Of a stretch of 64,000 nucleotides of DNA, positions 10,032 through 23,056 are shown one piece after another. Every line of letters starts with the position of its first letter. The first letter of the stretch is position 1. This stretch comes from an uncultured Alphaproteobacteria bacterium (GTDB taxonomy: Bacteria; Pseudomonadota; Alphaproteobacteria; HIMB59; GCA-002718135). The notes under the pieces were generated by a model. That model was not told the DNA's origin. It did not search any database and worked only from the letters and a program-made list of their open reading frames with translations. A program made the translations under genes and the position numbers. The stretch spans positions 37,370 to 101,369 of the forward strand of contig CACKIH010000001.1 in the NCBI GenBank assembly GCA_902600225.1, written 5' to 3'.

Positions 10032-10325
10032 ATGCCTGATAAAGCCTGGAAAAAAAGAGAAAGAGATGTTGCAAACTATTTTAATGGAAAAAGGACACCT
10101 TTGAGTGGGGGTAATGGTAAAGTAACAAGAGCTGATGTAATTCACGAAGACTTATTTATAGAATGTAAATTAAGAGCAAAGCATACAGCAATTAGTTTAT
10201 GGGATGATACTGCAAAGCTTGCCAAAGAGGAGGGTAAGACACCAGTAATAGCATTATGTGAAAAAAATAGACCAGGGTTTTGGGTTATGGTTCATAGTAG
10301 TGATCTAGAAAAAATTAAAAAATAA
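10032..10325 (+). CDS. PD-(D/E)xK nuclease, Hjc/phage-type Holliday junction resolvase-like
   Basis: WKKRERDVA...RTPLSG...ADV...FIECK follows the Hjc pattern E..R..SG..D..ExK; SD AAGGA at 10021-10025; occupies the ruvCAB position. Confidence 0.72.
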   Translation: MPDKAWKKRERDVANYFNGKRTPLSGGNGKVTRADVIHEDLFIECKLRAKHTAISLWDDTAKLAKEEGKTPVIALCEKNRPGFWVMVHSSDLEKIKK

Positions 10326-10330
10326 TTATT

Positions 10331-11044
10331 ATGGCAGATATTAATAGTACAAATTTATCGACAGAAGCTCCAGATTTTTCAATGCTTGCTTTATTCATGC
10401 AAGCTGACCTTGTAGTTAAATCTGTAATTATAATTTTAATCTTAGCCTCTCTTTATTCTTGGAATGTAATTATTTCAAAAATTTTAAGAATTAGACAATT
10501 AAAAAAACTTGAAAAAGAATTTGAAGATATTTTTTGGTCTGGAAATTCATTTGAAGATTTATATGAAACTTTAAATTTTAATCAAACAGATCCAAAATCA
10601 AAATTATTTTGTGCTGCAATTTTAGAGTGGAAAAAAAGTAAAACTCAGTTTGAAAACGATACATCTGATATTAATTCTTTAAAAGATAGAATGATGAGAT
10701 CAATGACAGTTGTTTTTAATAAAGAAAGTGAAAATGTTGAAAGAAATTTAACTTTCCTTGCAACTGCTGGATCAACCGCACCTTTTATTGGGTTATTTGG
10801 AACAGTTTGGGGTATAATGAATAGTTTTAAATCTATTGCAATAGCTCAAAATACAAATTTAGCAGTAGTTGCACCAGGAATTGCTGAAGCTCTTTTTGCA
10901 ACTGCATTAGGTCTTTTTGTGGCTATACCTGCTGTAGTTGCGTACAATAAAATTTCAAACGACTTATCAAAATATTTTATATCCTTGGAAACATTTATGG
11001 ATGAATTCTCAACAATTTTTTTTAGACAATTAGAGAAAAAATAA
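10331..11044 (+). CDS. tolQ: Tol-Pal protein TolQ
   Basis: FLATAGSTAPFIGLFGTVWGIM, VAPGIAEALFATA.GL.VAIPA. Confidence 0.96.
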   Translation: MADINSTNLSTEAPDFSMLALFMQADLVVKSVIIILILASLYSWNVIISKILRIRQLKKLEKEFEDIFWSGNSFEDLYETLNFNQTDPKSKLFCAAILEWKKSKTQFENDTSDINSLKDRMMRSMTVVFNKESENVERNLTFLATAGSTAPFIGLFGTVWGIMNSFKSIAIAQNTNLAVVAPGIAEALFATALGLFVAIPAVVAYNKISNDLSKYFISLETFMDEFSTIFFRQLEKK

Positions 11045-11045
11045 A

Positions 11046-11474
11046 TTGATTACTTCAAATAATTTAAACAAACGAAAAAAGCAAAGGTACACTCAAATGA
11101 GTGAAATTAATGTTACACCTTTTGTAGATGTTATGCTTGTTTTACTAATTGTTTTTATGGTTACCGCACCTCTGCTAACTGTTGGAATTAAAGTTGATTT
11201 ACCAAAGGTTAAAGCTACTGCATTAACTGATATTAAAGATCCAATTGAGATAACCGTTAAATTAGACGGAGAAGTCTACATTGGCGAGTCAAAGGTTGAA
11301 GTAGAAAATTTGATTCCAAGATTAAATGCTATTACTGAGCAAAACACAGAAGCAAGAATTTATATTCGAGGTGATAGAGTAGTAGCTTATGGAAGGGTTA
11401 TGGAAATTATGTCTATAATCAATTCAGCAGGATATATTAAAGTTGCATTAATTACTCAAAATCTTGAGCAATAG
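11046..11474 (+). CDS. tolR: Tol-Pal protein TolR
   Basis: EINVTPFVDVMLVLLIVFMVTAP; the exact start is uncertain (TTG). Confidence 0.95.
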   Translation: MITSNNLNKRKKQRYTQMSEINVTPFVDVMLVLLIVFMVTAPLLTVGIKVDLPKVKATALTDIKDPIEITVKLDGEVYIGESKVEVENLIPRLNAITEQNTEARIYIRGDRVVAYGRVMEIMSIINSAGYIKVALITQNLEQ

Positions 11475-12545
11475 ATGGATCGTATAAGCTATAATAGTTT
11501 AAAAATTTTAAACTTTTTTGAAAATTTAAATCCTAAAATATCAGGAGTTATTTTTTCAACACTAATTCATTTAATTATCCTTTTGTTTATGGTCGGCTTA
11601 CCAAATTTTTTTTCTCCAAAAGAAATCTACGTTCCAAACGTAATACCTATTGAAATACTTAATGTTGATGAAAATACAAATTTGAAAAAATCAGATACTA
11701 AAAAACCAGAAAATAAAAATAAGGAAACAACTACTAAGCAAAAAAAATTTAATTCATCAGATCAATTAGAAGTAAAAAAAAATATTGAAATAAATAAAAC
11801 AGAAATTGAAGAAAAAACTAATCCAAATCAACCAGTTTTGGAAATGAAACAAACTCCAAATTTAGAAGTTAAGGAAACAAAAAAAGTAGTTATCAAAGAA
11901 AAGGAAATTTTAGAGGTTAAGAAAAAAGTTGAAACAGTTAAAACTGATATAATTAAACCAAAACTCAAGCCAAAACCAAAAATTATAAATAATGAAAATG
12001 TTAAATCAGATTTAGATGTTGAAACAAACATAAAGGATAAACCAAAGTTGGAAAATGATAAAACCGTATCTAAACCAAAGCCGAAACCTGAAAAAGATTT
12101 TAGTATAGCATCAATGCTCAAAGATTTAAGAAATGAAAAAACAAATACAGTTCAAAATGAACTTAAAGAAGAGGTTGCAGAGATTGATAATAAAAGTACA
12201 GATGATACTGATGAAAATATTATACTATCAATATCTGAAATAGACATGTTGAGGCAGCAATTATCTTCTTGTTGGAATGCTCCTGCGGGTGCAGTTATAG
12301 AAAGAGGAGATAAAGTAACAATTTCAGCAAAAGTTTTACAAAATATGAAGGTTTCACCAAATAGTATCCGTATTGTTGACACAAATATAGCTAAAACTAA
12401 TCCTTTTTATGGACCGATTACAGATAGCGCAATGAGAACACTCTTAAACCCAGAATGTACACCGTTAAAACTTCCAAAAGATAAATATAATCTATGGAAA
12501 AATCTTACAATTACTTTTGATTATAGTATTATGAAAGGGTATTGA
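11475..12545 (+). CDS. tolA: TolA
   Basis: N-terminal TM segment with S...H, K/E/P-rich linker, C-terminal CWN.P..SA.R...C.PL.LP..Y..W; lies between tolR and tolB. Confidence 0.85.
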   Translation: MDRISYNSLKILNFFENLNPKISGVIFSTLIHLIILLFMVGLPNFFSPKEIYVPNVIPIEILNVDENTNLKKSDTKKPENKNKETTTKQKKFNSSDQLEVKKNIEINKTEIEEKTNPNQPVLEMKQTPNLEVKETKKVVIKEKEILEVKKKVETVKTDIIKPKLKPKPKIINNENVKSDLDVETNIKDKPKLENDKTVSKPKPKPEKDFSIASMLKDLRNEKTNTVQNELKEEVAEIDNKSTDDTDENIILSISEIDMLRQQLSSCWNAPAGAVIERGDKVTISAKVLQNMKVSPNSIRIVDTNIAKTNPFYGPITDSAMRTLLNPECTPLKLPKDKYNLWKNLTITFDYSIMKGY

Positions 12546-13861
12546 TGAAAAAAGTTTTTTTTGTAACCTTTTTTATATTTTTAAGTTTTAAAGTCTTTTC
12601 TTTAGAGGTTACTCTAACACAAGGTAGTGTGAAGCCAACTCCAATTGCTGTAACAGATCTATACTCAAAAGATTCACAATTAATTAAAGTAGGTAAAAAT
12701 ATTTCAACTGTTATTTCAGATAATCTTGAAAGGTCTGGACTATTTTTACCATTAGATAAAAGATCATTTATTCAAGATAATCAATCTCTATCTAATAAAC
12801 CAAGATTTGAAGATTGGAAGTTAATAAAAGCACAGCATTTAGTTTCAGGTAAAATTTCATCTAATAATGGAAAAATATCTGTCGAATTTAGATTGTATGA
12901 TGTGTTTCAACAAAAACAAATAGTGGGAAAAAAATATGAGACTAATGAAAAGAATTGGAGAAGAGTTGCTCACATTATCTCAGATTCAATTTTTAAAAAT
13001 ATAACTGGAGAAGGTGGATATTTTGATACAAGAATAGTATATGTAGCTGAAACCGGTCCAAAAGAAAATAAACAAAAAAGATTAGCAATAATGGACCAAG
13101 ATCAATCCAATCATCGTTTTTTGACAGACGGATCATATCTAGTTCTAACACCCAGGTTTTCTCCTAACTCACAAAAAATTACGTACATGTCTTATGTAAG
13201 TAGAAATAATCCAAGAGTTTACATTTTTGATATTGAAACTGGCAAACAGGAAATAGTAGGCGAATTTCCAGGAATGACATTTGCTCCTCGTTTTTCACCT
13301 GATGGTAATCAAATCGTTATGTCCTACACTGATCCAGAAATTGGAAATTCTGAAATTTATATTCTTGATTTAAAAACGAGAATTTCAAAAAGAGTTACTA
13401 ATAATTCTGCAATAGATGTTTCTGCAAGTTTTTCACCTGATGGAAAAAAAATAGTTTTTAATTCAGATAGAAGTGGACGAAGGCATTTGTATGTAAGTGA
13501 TAATAATGGAAAAAATATTAAAAGAATTAGCAGGGAAGCAGGAAGTTATTACACACCAGTCTGGTCTCCAAGAGGTGATATGATTGCATTCACTAAACAA
13601 GAGGGAGGACAGTTCTATATAGGTGTTATGGAGGTCGATGGCTCTAATGAAAGAATGATTGCAAAATCCTTTCATGTTGAGGGGCCAACATGGGCCCCAA
13701 ATGGAAGATTTTTGATGTATTTCAAGGAAGAGAGAACTGCTGAGGATGGATCTGGAGGTGAATCCAGTCTATATTCTATTGATTTAACTGGTTTTAATGA
13801 AAGAAAAATAATAACTCCCCTAGGAGGCTCTGATCCAGCTTGGTCTCCCTTGATGCATTAA
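12545..13861 (+). CDS. tolB: Tol-Pal beta-propeller protein TolB
   Basis: Signal peptide, AH.ISD, TGEGGYFDTRI, repeated P.FSPDG, C-terminal DPAWSP. Confidence 0.96.
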   Translation: MKKVFFVTFFIFLSFKVFSLEVTLTQGSVKPTPIAVTDLYSKDSQLIKVGKNISTVISDNLERSGLFLPLDKRSFIQDNQSLSNKPRFEDWKLIKAQHLVSGKISSNNGKISVEFRLYDVFQQKQIVGKKYETNEKNWRRVAHIISDSIFKNITGEGGYFDTRIVYVAETGPKENKQKRLAIMDQDQSNHRFLTDGSYLVLTPRFSPNSQKITYMSYVSRNNPRVYIFDIETGKQEIVGEFPGMTFAPRFSPDGNQIVMSYTDPEIGNSEIYILDLKTRISKRVTNNSAIDVSASFSPDGKKIVFNSDRSGRRHLYVSDNNGKNIKRISREAGSYYTPVWSPRGDMIAFTKQEGGQFYIGVMEVDGSNERMIAKSFHVEGPTWAPNGRFLMYFKEERTAEDGSGGESSLYSIDLTGFNERKIITPLGGSDPAWSPLMH

Positions 13862-13960
13862 TCCAATATAATACAAAAAAATATACGAAATTTTGAAAAA
13901 AATGTTAAGGAACTCAATATAATTTAGTATATCTACTCAAAGTATTAAGGGAGCATATTT

Positions 13961-14482
13961 ATGTTTTACAAGTTTTTTATCTCTATATTTATGGTTTTAT
14001 TTGTTGCAGCTTGTGCAACAACACCAAAAGACTCAGCTGACTCTTCAGGCTCAGGATCAAGTAGTTCCGGAAGTGATGTTTCTTCAGAAGGAACCATTAC
14101 TGAAACTACAGGAAGTGGAATAGTTTCAGGATCTCAGGAAGACTTAATCGTTAATGTTGGTGATAGAGTATTTTTTGGATATGATAGTTCAGATTTAGAC
14201 TCTGACGCTCTAGAGTTACTTCAAGACCAGGTAGCATGGCTGAAGCAGAATAGTGATGTTTCAGTAACAATTGAAGGGCATTGTGACGAAAGAGGAACTA
14301 GGGAGTACAACTTAGCTCTTGGTGAAAAAAGAGCTCAGGCTGTTAAAAATTATCTCATAGGATTAGGAATAAATCCTGACAGAGTTTCAACTATTAGTTA
14401 TGGTAAAGAAAGACCTGCTGTTGTAGGATCAAATGACGGAGCATGGGCTCAAAACAGAAGATCAGTAACTTTAGTTAATTAA
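13961..14482 (+). CDS. pal: Peptidoglycan-associated lipoprotein Pal
   Basis: Lipobox VAAC; EGHCDERGTREYNLALGEKRA; QNRR. Confidence 0.97.
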   Translation: MFYKFFISIFMVLFVAACATTPKDSADSSGSGSSSSGSDVSSEGTITETTGSGIVSGSQEDLIVNVGDRVFFGYDSSDLDSDALELLQDQVAWLKQNSDVSVTIEGHCDERGTREYNLALGEKRAQAVKNYLIGLGINPDRVSTISYGKERPAVVGSNDGAWAQNRRSVTLVN

Positions 14483-14501
14483 TTATTATTCCTTAATACT
14501 T

Positions 14502-14533
14502 TGGCGCTATAGAAATATAGCGCCACATTTTTA
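14502..14533 (+). terminator. Intrinsic terminator after pal
   Basis: Stem-loop TGGCGCTATA-GAAA-TATAGCGCCA followed by CATTTTTA. Confidence 0.75.
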
Positions 14534-14559
14534 TCTTATTTAGAAATTAAAATTAGATA

Positions 14560-15477
14560 ATGTTTAAATACATACTCACAGTTTTAATTTTATTTTTTTC
14601 AAGCTATTCTTTTTCTAATGAAAGCGATCTAACAGTCTCGCAACAATTAGAAAGATTACAAAGAGAAGTCTCAGATCTTTCCAAAGAAGTATTTTCAAAT
14701 TCACCGAATCAATCAAATGGAACAAATAATGATTTTGTTAAAAATCTTTCTGCTATCGATTTACGAATATATGATATTGAAAATGATATAAAAAATTTAA
14801 CTTCTAATTTAGAAGAATTATATTTTCAATTAGACGATATCTTTAATAAATTAGAAAATTTAGAATTAGTTATTAATAATTTCCAATCAGTTCCTTTAAA
14901 TAATGTTGAAGTAAATACTGATGAAGCTTCACAAGATAGTTCTGAAGTTAAAAGCAATACTTTAAGTGATACTGAAACTGAAAATACACTTGGAACATTA
15001 AATATTTCAAAAAACACAAATGATACAAATGAAAAAGTTATTTCTCAAGATCAGGAAGTAAATTCTAATGAAAAAGAAGAGGTCTTGTCACCTGAAGATC
15101 AATTCCAAGAAGCATTTGATAATATTAGAGATAAAAAATGGCAGAATGCCAAAACTTCATTCGAACAGTTTATTTTAGATAATCCTGATAATCAACTATC
15201 AGGTTCAGCACATTATTGGCTTGGAGAATTATATATTCTAGAAAAAAATTATAGAGAAGCGGCACTTATATTTGCAGAAGGTTTCCAAAAATTTCCAGAT
15301 AGTATTAAAGCTGCAGAAATGCTTTTCAAACTTTCTCAGTCATTATACCAAGTGGAAAAAACTACTGAGGCTTGTAAAACTATGGAAAAATTAATAATTG
15401 ATTTTCCAAAAAATAAAATAATTCCTCAAACCAAAAAACAAATTGTTGAGTATAATTGTTTAGAAAATAATGAATGA
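14560..15477 (+). CDS. cpoB: CpoB/YbgF (coiled coil + TPR)
   Basis: Signal peptide, coiled coil, AHYWLGE TPR, KAAEMLFKL; follows pal. Confidence 0.9.
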   Translation: MFKYILTVLILFFSSYSFSNESDLTVSQQLERLQREVSDLSKEVFSNSPNQSNGTNNDFVKNLSAIDLRIYDIENDIKNLTSNLEELYFQLDDIFNKLENLELVINNFQSVPLNNVEVNTDEASQDSSEVKSNTLSDTETENTLGTLNISKNTNDTNEKVISQDQEVNSNEKEEVLSPEDQFQEAFDNIRDKKWQNAKTSFEQFILDNPDNQLSGSAHYWLGELYILEKNYREAALIFAEGFQKFPDSIKAAEMLFKLSQSLYQVEKTTEACKTMEKLIIDFPKNKIIPQTKKQIVEYNCLENNE

Positions 15478-16445
15478 AGCTCACAAATAAAGAATTCATT
15501 AAAAACATAGAAAAAAAATATATTTTTGAAAAAAATCCTTCTGTTGCTGTGGCAGTTTCTGGCGGCCCAGATAGTATGTCATTATTATTCCTCATAAATG
15601 CTTTTATAAAATACAAAAAAGGGAAATTGATGGCTTTAATTGTAGATCATCGTATTAGAAAAAATTCTAAAGAGGAAGCTAGGTTGATTTCTACCTACTT
15701 GGATAAAAACAACATTAACTCTCAAATTCTAACTGCAAACAAAAATAAAGTTAGAAAGAAAAGTATGAATGAGGCTAGAGATAATCGTTATAATTTACTT
15801 ACAGATTATTGTATTAAAAATAATATTTTGCATTTATTTATCGCTCATCACAAAGATGATAATTTAGAAACCTTTTTGAGTAGAAAGATCGCTGGCAGTG
15901 ATTTTTATGGTTTAAAATCAATGTCTGAACTGTCATTTTACAACAGAGTCAATATAATAAGGCCACTTTTAAATTTCTCAAAAGAAATGCTGTTAAGTTA
16001 CACTAAGAAAAATAAAATAGAATATATTAATGATCCATCAAATTTTAATTTAGATTATACTCGTCCTACAATAAGAAATTTTCTTAAAAAATCTGACCAA
16101 AAAACAATTAAAGAAATAAATAAAGATTTTGAGAATATACTTTTTTATTCACCATATTTCATTCAAATGATACATGAGATACTTCTTAAAAATATTGTTG
16201 ATGTTGACAGTAAACAAATTGTTATTAGTCTTAATAATATAAAAAATTTAAATGAAATTACTTCTGAAAATATTATACGAAGAATATATCAGTTTTTATT
16301 TTATCAATCTAACGCTCCTCGATCAAAAAAAACTAAAATCTTAATAAGTGAATTAAAGAAATTAAATTTTAATATTTTTAACCTCAAAGGTATGATTGTT
16401 AAAAAAAATGATGATTTTCTTACATTTTCAAGAAAATTTGTTTAA
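15474..16445 (+). CDS. tilS: tRNA(Ile)-lysidine synthase
   Basis: AVSGGPDS, VDH.IR, AHH.DD..ET, IRPLL, DPSN. Confidence 0.95.
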   Translation: MKLTNKEFIKNIEKKYIFEKNPSVAVAVSGGPDSMSLLFLINAFIKYKKGKLMALIVDHRIRKNSKEEARLISTYLDKNNINSQILTANKNKVRKKSMNEARDNRYNLLTDYCIKNNILHLFIAHHKDDNLETFLSRKIAGSDFYGLKSMSELSFYNRVNIIRPLLNFSKEMLLSYTKKNKIEYINDPSNFNLDYTRPTIRNFLKKSDQKTIKEINKDFENILFYSPYFIQMIHEILLKNIVDVDSKQIVISLNNIKNLNEITSENIIRRIYQFLFYQSNAPRSKKTKILISELKKLNFNIFNLKGMIVKKNDDFLTFSRKFV

Positions 16446-16459
16446 TTTTCTACAAAACT

Positions 16460-16488
16460 ATTGTGTTTTTATAATAAATTCCTATGTA
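16460..16488 (+). promoter_or_regulatory. Candidate RpoH (sigma32) promoter of ftsH
   Basis: ATTG-N17-CCTATGT resembles the alphaproteobacterial CTTG-N17-CCTATAT consensus. Confidence 0.4.
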
Positions 16489-16496
16489 TTAAGTAG

Positions 16497-18398
16497 ATGA
16501 AAAATATCAGTAAAAACGTTGTATTATGGATTATAATTGGATTGCTCCTAATTGTGCTTTTCAATCTTTTCCAAGGAAGTTCAAATAACAGAAATACCTC
16601 AAAAATATCTTTTTCTGACTTCATTGCTGCAACAGAAAGTGGAAATGTTTCAGAAGTTAATATCAATGGAAGCAACGTTACAGGATTTCTTAATGACGGA
16701 CGATCATTTAGCACATATGTCCCAAATTATCCCAATTTAGTTGATAAATTAAATGAAAGTGGCGTGAAAATTACTGCTGAGCCCTCTGAGAGATCAATGC
16801 ATCCACTTTTAAGTGTATTACTGTCGTGGTTTCCAATGCTTCTATTAATTGGAGTTTGGATTTTCTTTATGCGCCAGATGCAAGGTGGTGGTGGAAAAGC
16901 AATGGGCTTTGGTAAATCTAAAGCTAAATTATTAAATGAAGCAGTTGGTAAAGTTACATTTGACGATGTAGCAGGTATTGATGAAGCTAAACAAGAATTA
17001 GAGGAAGTTGTTGAATTTTTAAAAGATCCTTCAAAGTTTTCCAGATTAGGTGGTAAGATTCCAAGAGGTGCACTTCTAGTGGGTCCTCCAGGTACTGGAA
17101 AAACGTTACTTGCAAGAGCAATTGCAGGCGAAGCAAATGTTCCTTTCTTTTCTATTTCAGGATCAGATTTTGTTGAAATGTTTGTAGGTGTCGGCGCTAG
17201 TAGAGTTAGAGATATGTTTGAACAAGGTAAAAAAAATGCACCTTGTATAGTTTTTATTGATGAAATAGATGCTGTTGGAAGGCACCGTGGCGCTGGTCTT
17301 GGTGGCGGGAATGACGAAAGAGAACAAACTCTAAATCAACTTCTTGTGGAAATGGATGGTTTTGAAGCAAATGCGGGTGTAATTATAATTGCCGCAACAA
17401 ATAGACCAGACGTTCTTGATCCAGCATTGCTTAGACCAGGAAGATTTGACCGTCAAATAACAGTTAATAACCCTGATGTAATGGGAAGAGACAAAATACT
17501 TAAAGTTCATATTAAAAAAATTAAAGTTTCGCCAAAATTTGATTCAAAAATTATTGCAAGGGGAACTCCAGGTTTTTCTGGAGCTGATTTAGCAAATCTA
17601 GTTAATGAAGCTGCATTATTAGCAGCTAGAAAAAATAAAAGAATGGTTACACTTGAGGATTTTGAAAGTGCGAAAGATAAAGTGATGATGGGTGCTGAAA
17701 AAAGATCTATGGTCATGTCAGAAGATGAAAAGAAACTTACAGCTTACCATGAAGCTGGTCATGCAGTAGCAACTCTTCACTCACCAGCCTCTGATCCAAT
17801 ACATAAAGCAACTATAATACCGAGAGGTAGAGCATTAGGTATGGTTATGAGACTTCCTGAAAAAGATCAACTGTCTATGAGAAAAGATCAGATGAAAGCT
17901 CATTTATTAATTGCTACTGGTGGAAGAATTGCAGAAGAAATGATCTTTGGGAAAGATAAAATTACAAATGGGGCAGCAAGTGATATACAAATGGTGACAA
18001 ATCTATCAAAAAAAATGATTACTGAATGGGGTATGAGTGAAAAATTAGGTCGTCTAAGATATAACAATGACAGTGAGGAAGTTTTCCTAGGGCATTCCGT
18101 TGCACAATCAAAAAATTTATCTGATTCTACAGCAAAATTAATTGATGAAGAGGTTAGATTTCTTGCAGAAGAGGCTGAAAATAATTGTAGAAAAATTCTT
18201 CAAGATAATATTGAAGAACTACATATAGTTGCTAAGGGACTTTTAGAGTATGAAACATTATCAGGTGATGAAATTAAAGATTTAATCAAAGGTATAAAGC
18301 CAACTCGTGATGATTTTGATAATGATATAAACACACCAAAAAAACCAGCTACATCTGTTCCAAAAACAGGCGGATCTGCTCCTGCTCCTGCAAACTAA
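16497..18398 (+). CDS. ftsH: ATP-dependent zinc metalloprotease FtsH
   Basis: Two TM segments, [17 protein letters not shown]. Confidence 0.98.
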   Translation: MKNISKNVVLWIIIGLLLIVLFNLFQGSSNNRNTSKISFSDFIAATESGNVSEVNINGSNVTGFLNDGRSFSTYVPNYPNLVDKLNESGVKITAEPSERSMHPLLSVLLSWFPMLLLIGVWIFFMRQMQGGGGKAMGFGKSKAKLLNEAVGKVTFDDVAGIDEAKQELEEVVEFLKDPSKFSRLGGKIPRGALLVGPPGTGKTLLARAIAGEANVPFFSISGSDFVEMFVGVGASRVRDMFEQGKKNAPCIVFIDEIDAVGRHRGAGLGGGNDEREQTLNQLLVEMDGFEANAGVIIIAATNRPDVLDPALLRPGRFDRQITVNNPDVMGRDKILKVHIKKIKVSPKFDSKIIARGTPGFSGADLANLVNEAALLAARKNKRMVTLEDFESAKDKVMMGAEKRSMVMSEDEKKLTAYHEAGHAVATLHSPASDPIHKATIIPRGRALGMVMRLPEKDQLSMRKDQMKAHLLIATGGRIAEEMIFGKDKITNGAASDIQMVTNLSKKMITEWGMSEKLGRLRYNNDSEEVFLGHSVAQSKNLSDSTAKLIDEEVRFLAEEAENNCRKILQDNIEELHIVAKGLLEYETLSGDEIKDLIKGIKPTRDDFDNDINTPKKPATSVPKTGGSAPAPAN

Positions 18399-18407
18399 TT
18401 TAATTAC

Positions 18408-18442
18408 TTCACTTTATTTATTTTTTTGAATAAAAGACATAA
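18408..18442 (+). promoter_or_regulatory. Putative promoter for a leaderless glmM transcript
   Basis: TTCACT (18408-18413), 17 nt, TAAAAG (18431-18436), 6 nt, ATG. Confidence 0.45.
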
Positions 18443-19790
18443 ATGTCTAAAATATTTGGTACCGATGGTATACGGTGCTTAGTTAATGAGGAACCTCTTT
18501 CTGCTGAAACTTGTCTAAAAATTTCAAAAACAGTTGCATTTCTTCTAAAAAAGAAAAATTCTAAAAATAGCAGGGTTGTGATTTGCAAAGATACTAGATT
18601 ATCTGGATATTTATATGAGCCACTTGTGACAGCTGGATTTATTTCTATGGGTATGGATGTAATTTTAGTCGGCCCCCTTCCAACACCAGCCGTCCCATTA
18701 ATGATTAAAACTTTAAGAGCAGATATTGGCGTAATGATTACAGCTTCTCATAATACATATGAATATAATGGACTTAAATTTTTTGATAGCACCGGAACAA
18801 AGTTAAGTTCATTGATAGAACAAAAGGTTGAAAAAATAGTATTAGATAATAAAAAATATTCTAGAATCTCAAACAACACATTTATTTCTGGAAATGCAAG
18901 AAGACTGGAAGACGCCTCAGGTAGATACTCAGAATTTTTAAAAAGCACTTTGAATAAAACATCTTCTAAGAAAAAACTAAAAATTGTTTTAGATTGTGCG
19001 AATGGAGCCACATATAATATAGCTCCAAATTTATTCTGGGAGCTAGGTCATAATATAATTGCCATAAATAATAATCCAGATGGCTTAAACATTAATAAAA
19101 ATTGTGGTGCAGTCGATATAAAATCACTCTCACAAAATGTCATAAAAGAAAAAGCTGATATTGGATTTGCATTTGATGGTGATGGAGATAGGTTAATAGT
19201 TGTAGATGAAGAAGGAAAAGAAGTTGATGGTGATAAAATTATAGGTTTGTTATGTAAAAGTTATGTAAAACCTCAGAAAAAATCCAACCAACATGATGTT
19301 ATTATAACGGTCATGTCTAATATGGGATTAGAAAATTATCTCACAAATAAATTAAAATTAAAGATTAAGCGAACATCTGTTGGAGATATAAACGTTATAA
19401 ATCAAATGAAAAAATCCAAATCTATGATAGGTGGGGAACAATCAGGACATATAATATTGTCAGAACATTCTAATACTGGTGATGGAATTTTGGCAGCTCT
19501 AAAAATCACTGAAATTTTAATATCAAATAAAAATAAGGCGAGCAAACTTTTTGATTTGTACAATGACTTTGTCCAAGAAAAAATTAACTTAAGTTATAAA
19601 ACAAAGAATACCAAACTGTTAAAAATTCTTAATAAGTTAAAAAATGAAAAACTATATAATAATAAAAAAATCAGATCTCTTGTAAGGTTATCTGGAACTG
19701 AACCATTAGTTAGAATACTAGTCGAAGGGCAAGAAATTACCGAGGTTAAAAAGAAGTCCCTAGAAATAAAAGAGTTAGTGAGGCCTTATC

Positions 19791-19798
<8 letters not shown>
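18443..19798 (+). CDS. glmM: Phosphoglucosamine mutase
   Basis: FGTDGIR, ITASHN, DGDGDR, GGEQSGH, R.SGTEP. Confidence 0.95.
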
Positions 19799-23026
<3,228 letters not shown>

Positions 23027-23056
23027 AATACGCCTATATCACAAATAAAATATAAT

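Noticed and set aside
11690-12100. K/E/P-rich repeats (KPKPK) in TolA
   Set aside because: Expected composition for a TolA spacer; no DNA-level repeat array.
14030-14130. Ser/Gly-rich low-complexity stretch in Pal
   Set aside because: Ordinary flexible linker between the lipid anchor and the OmpA domain.
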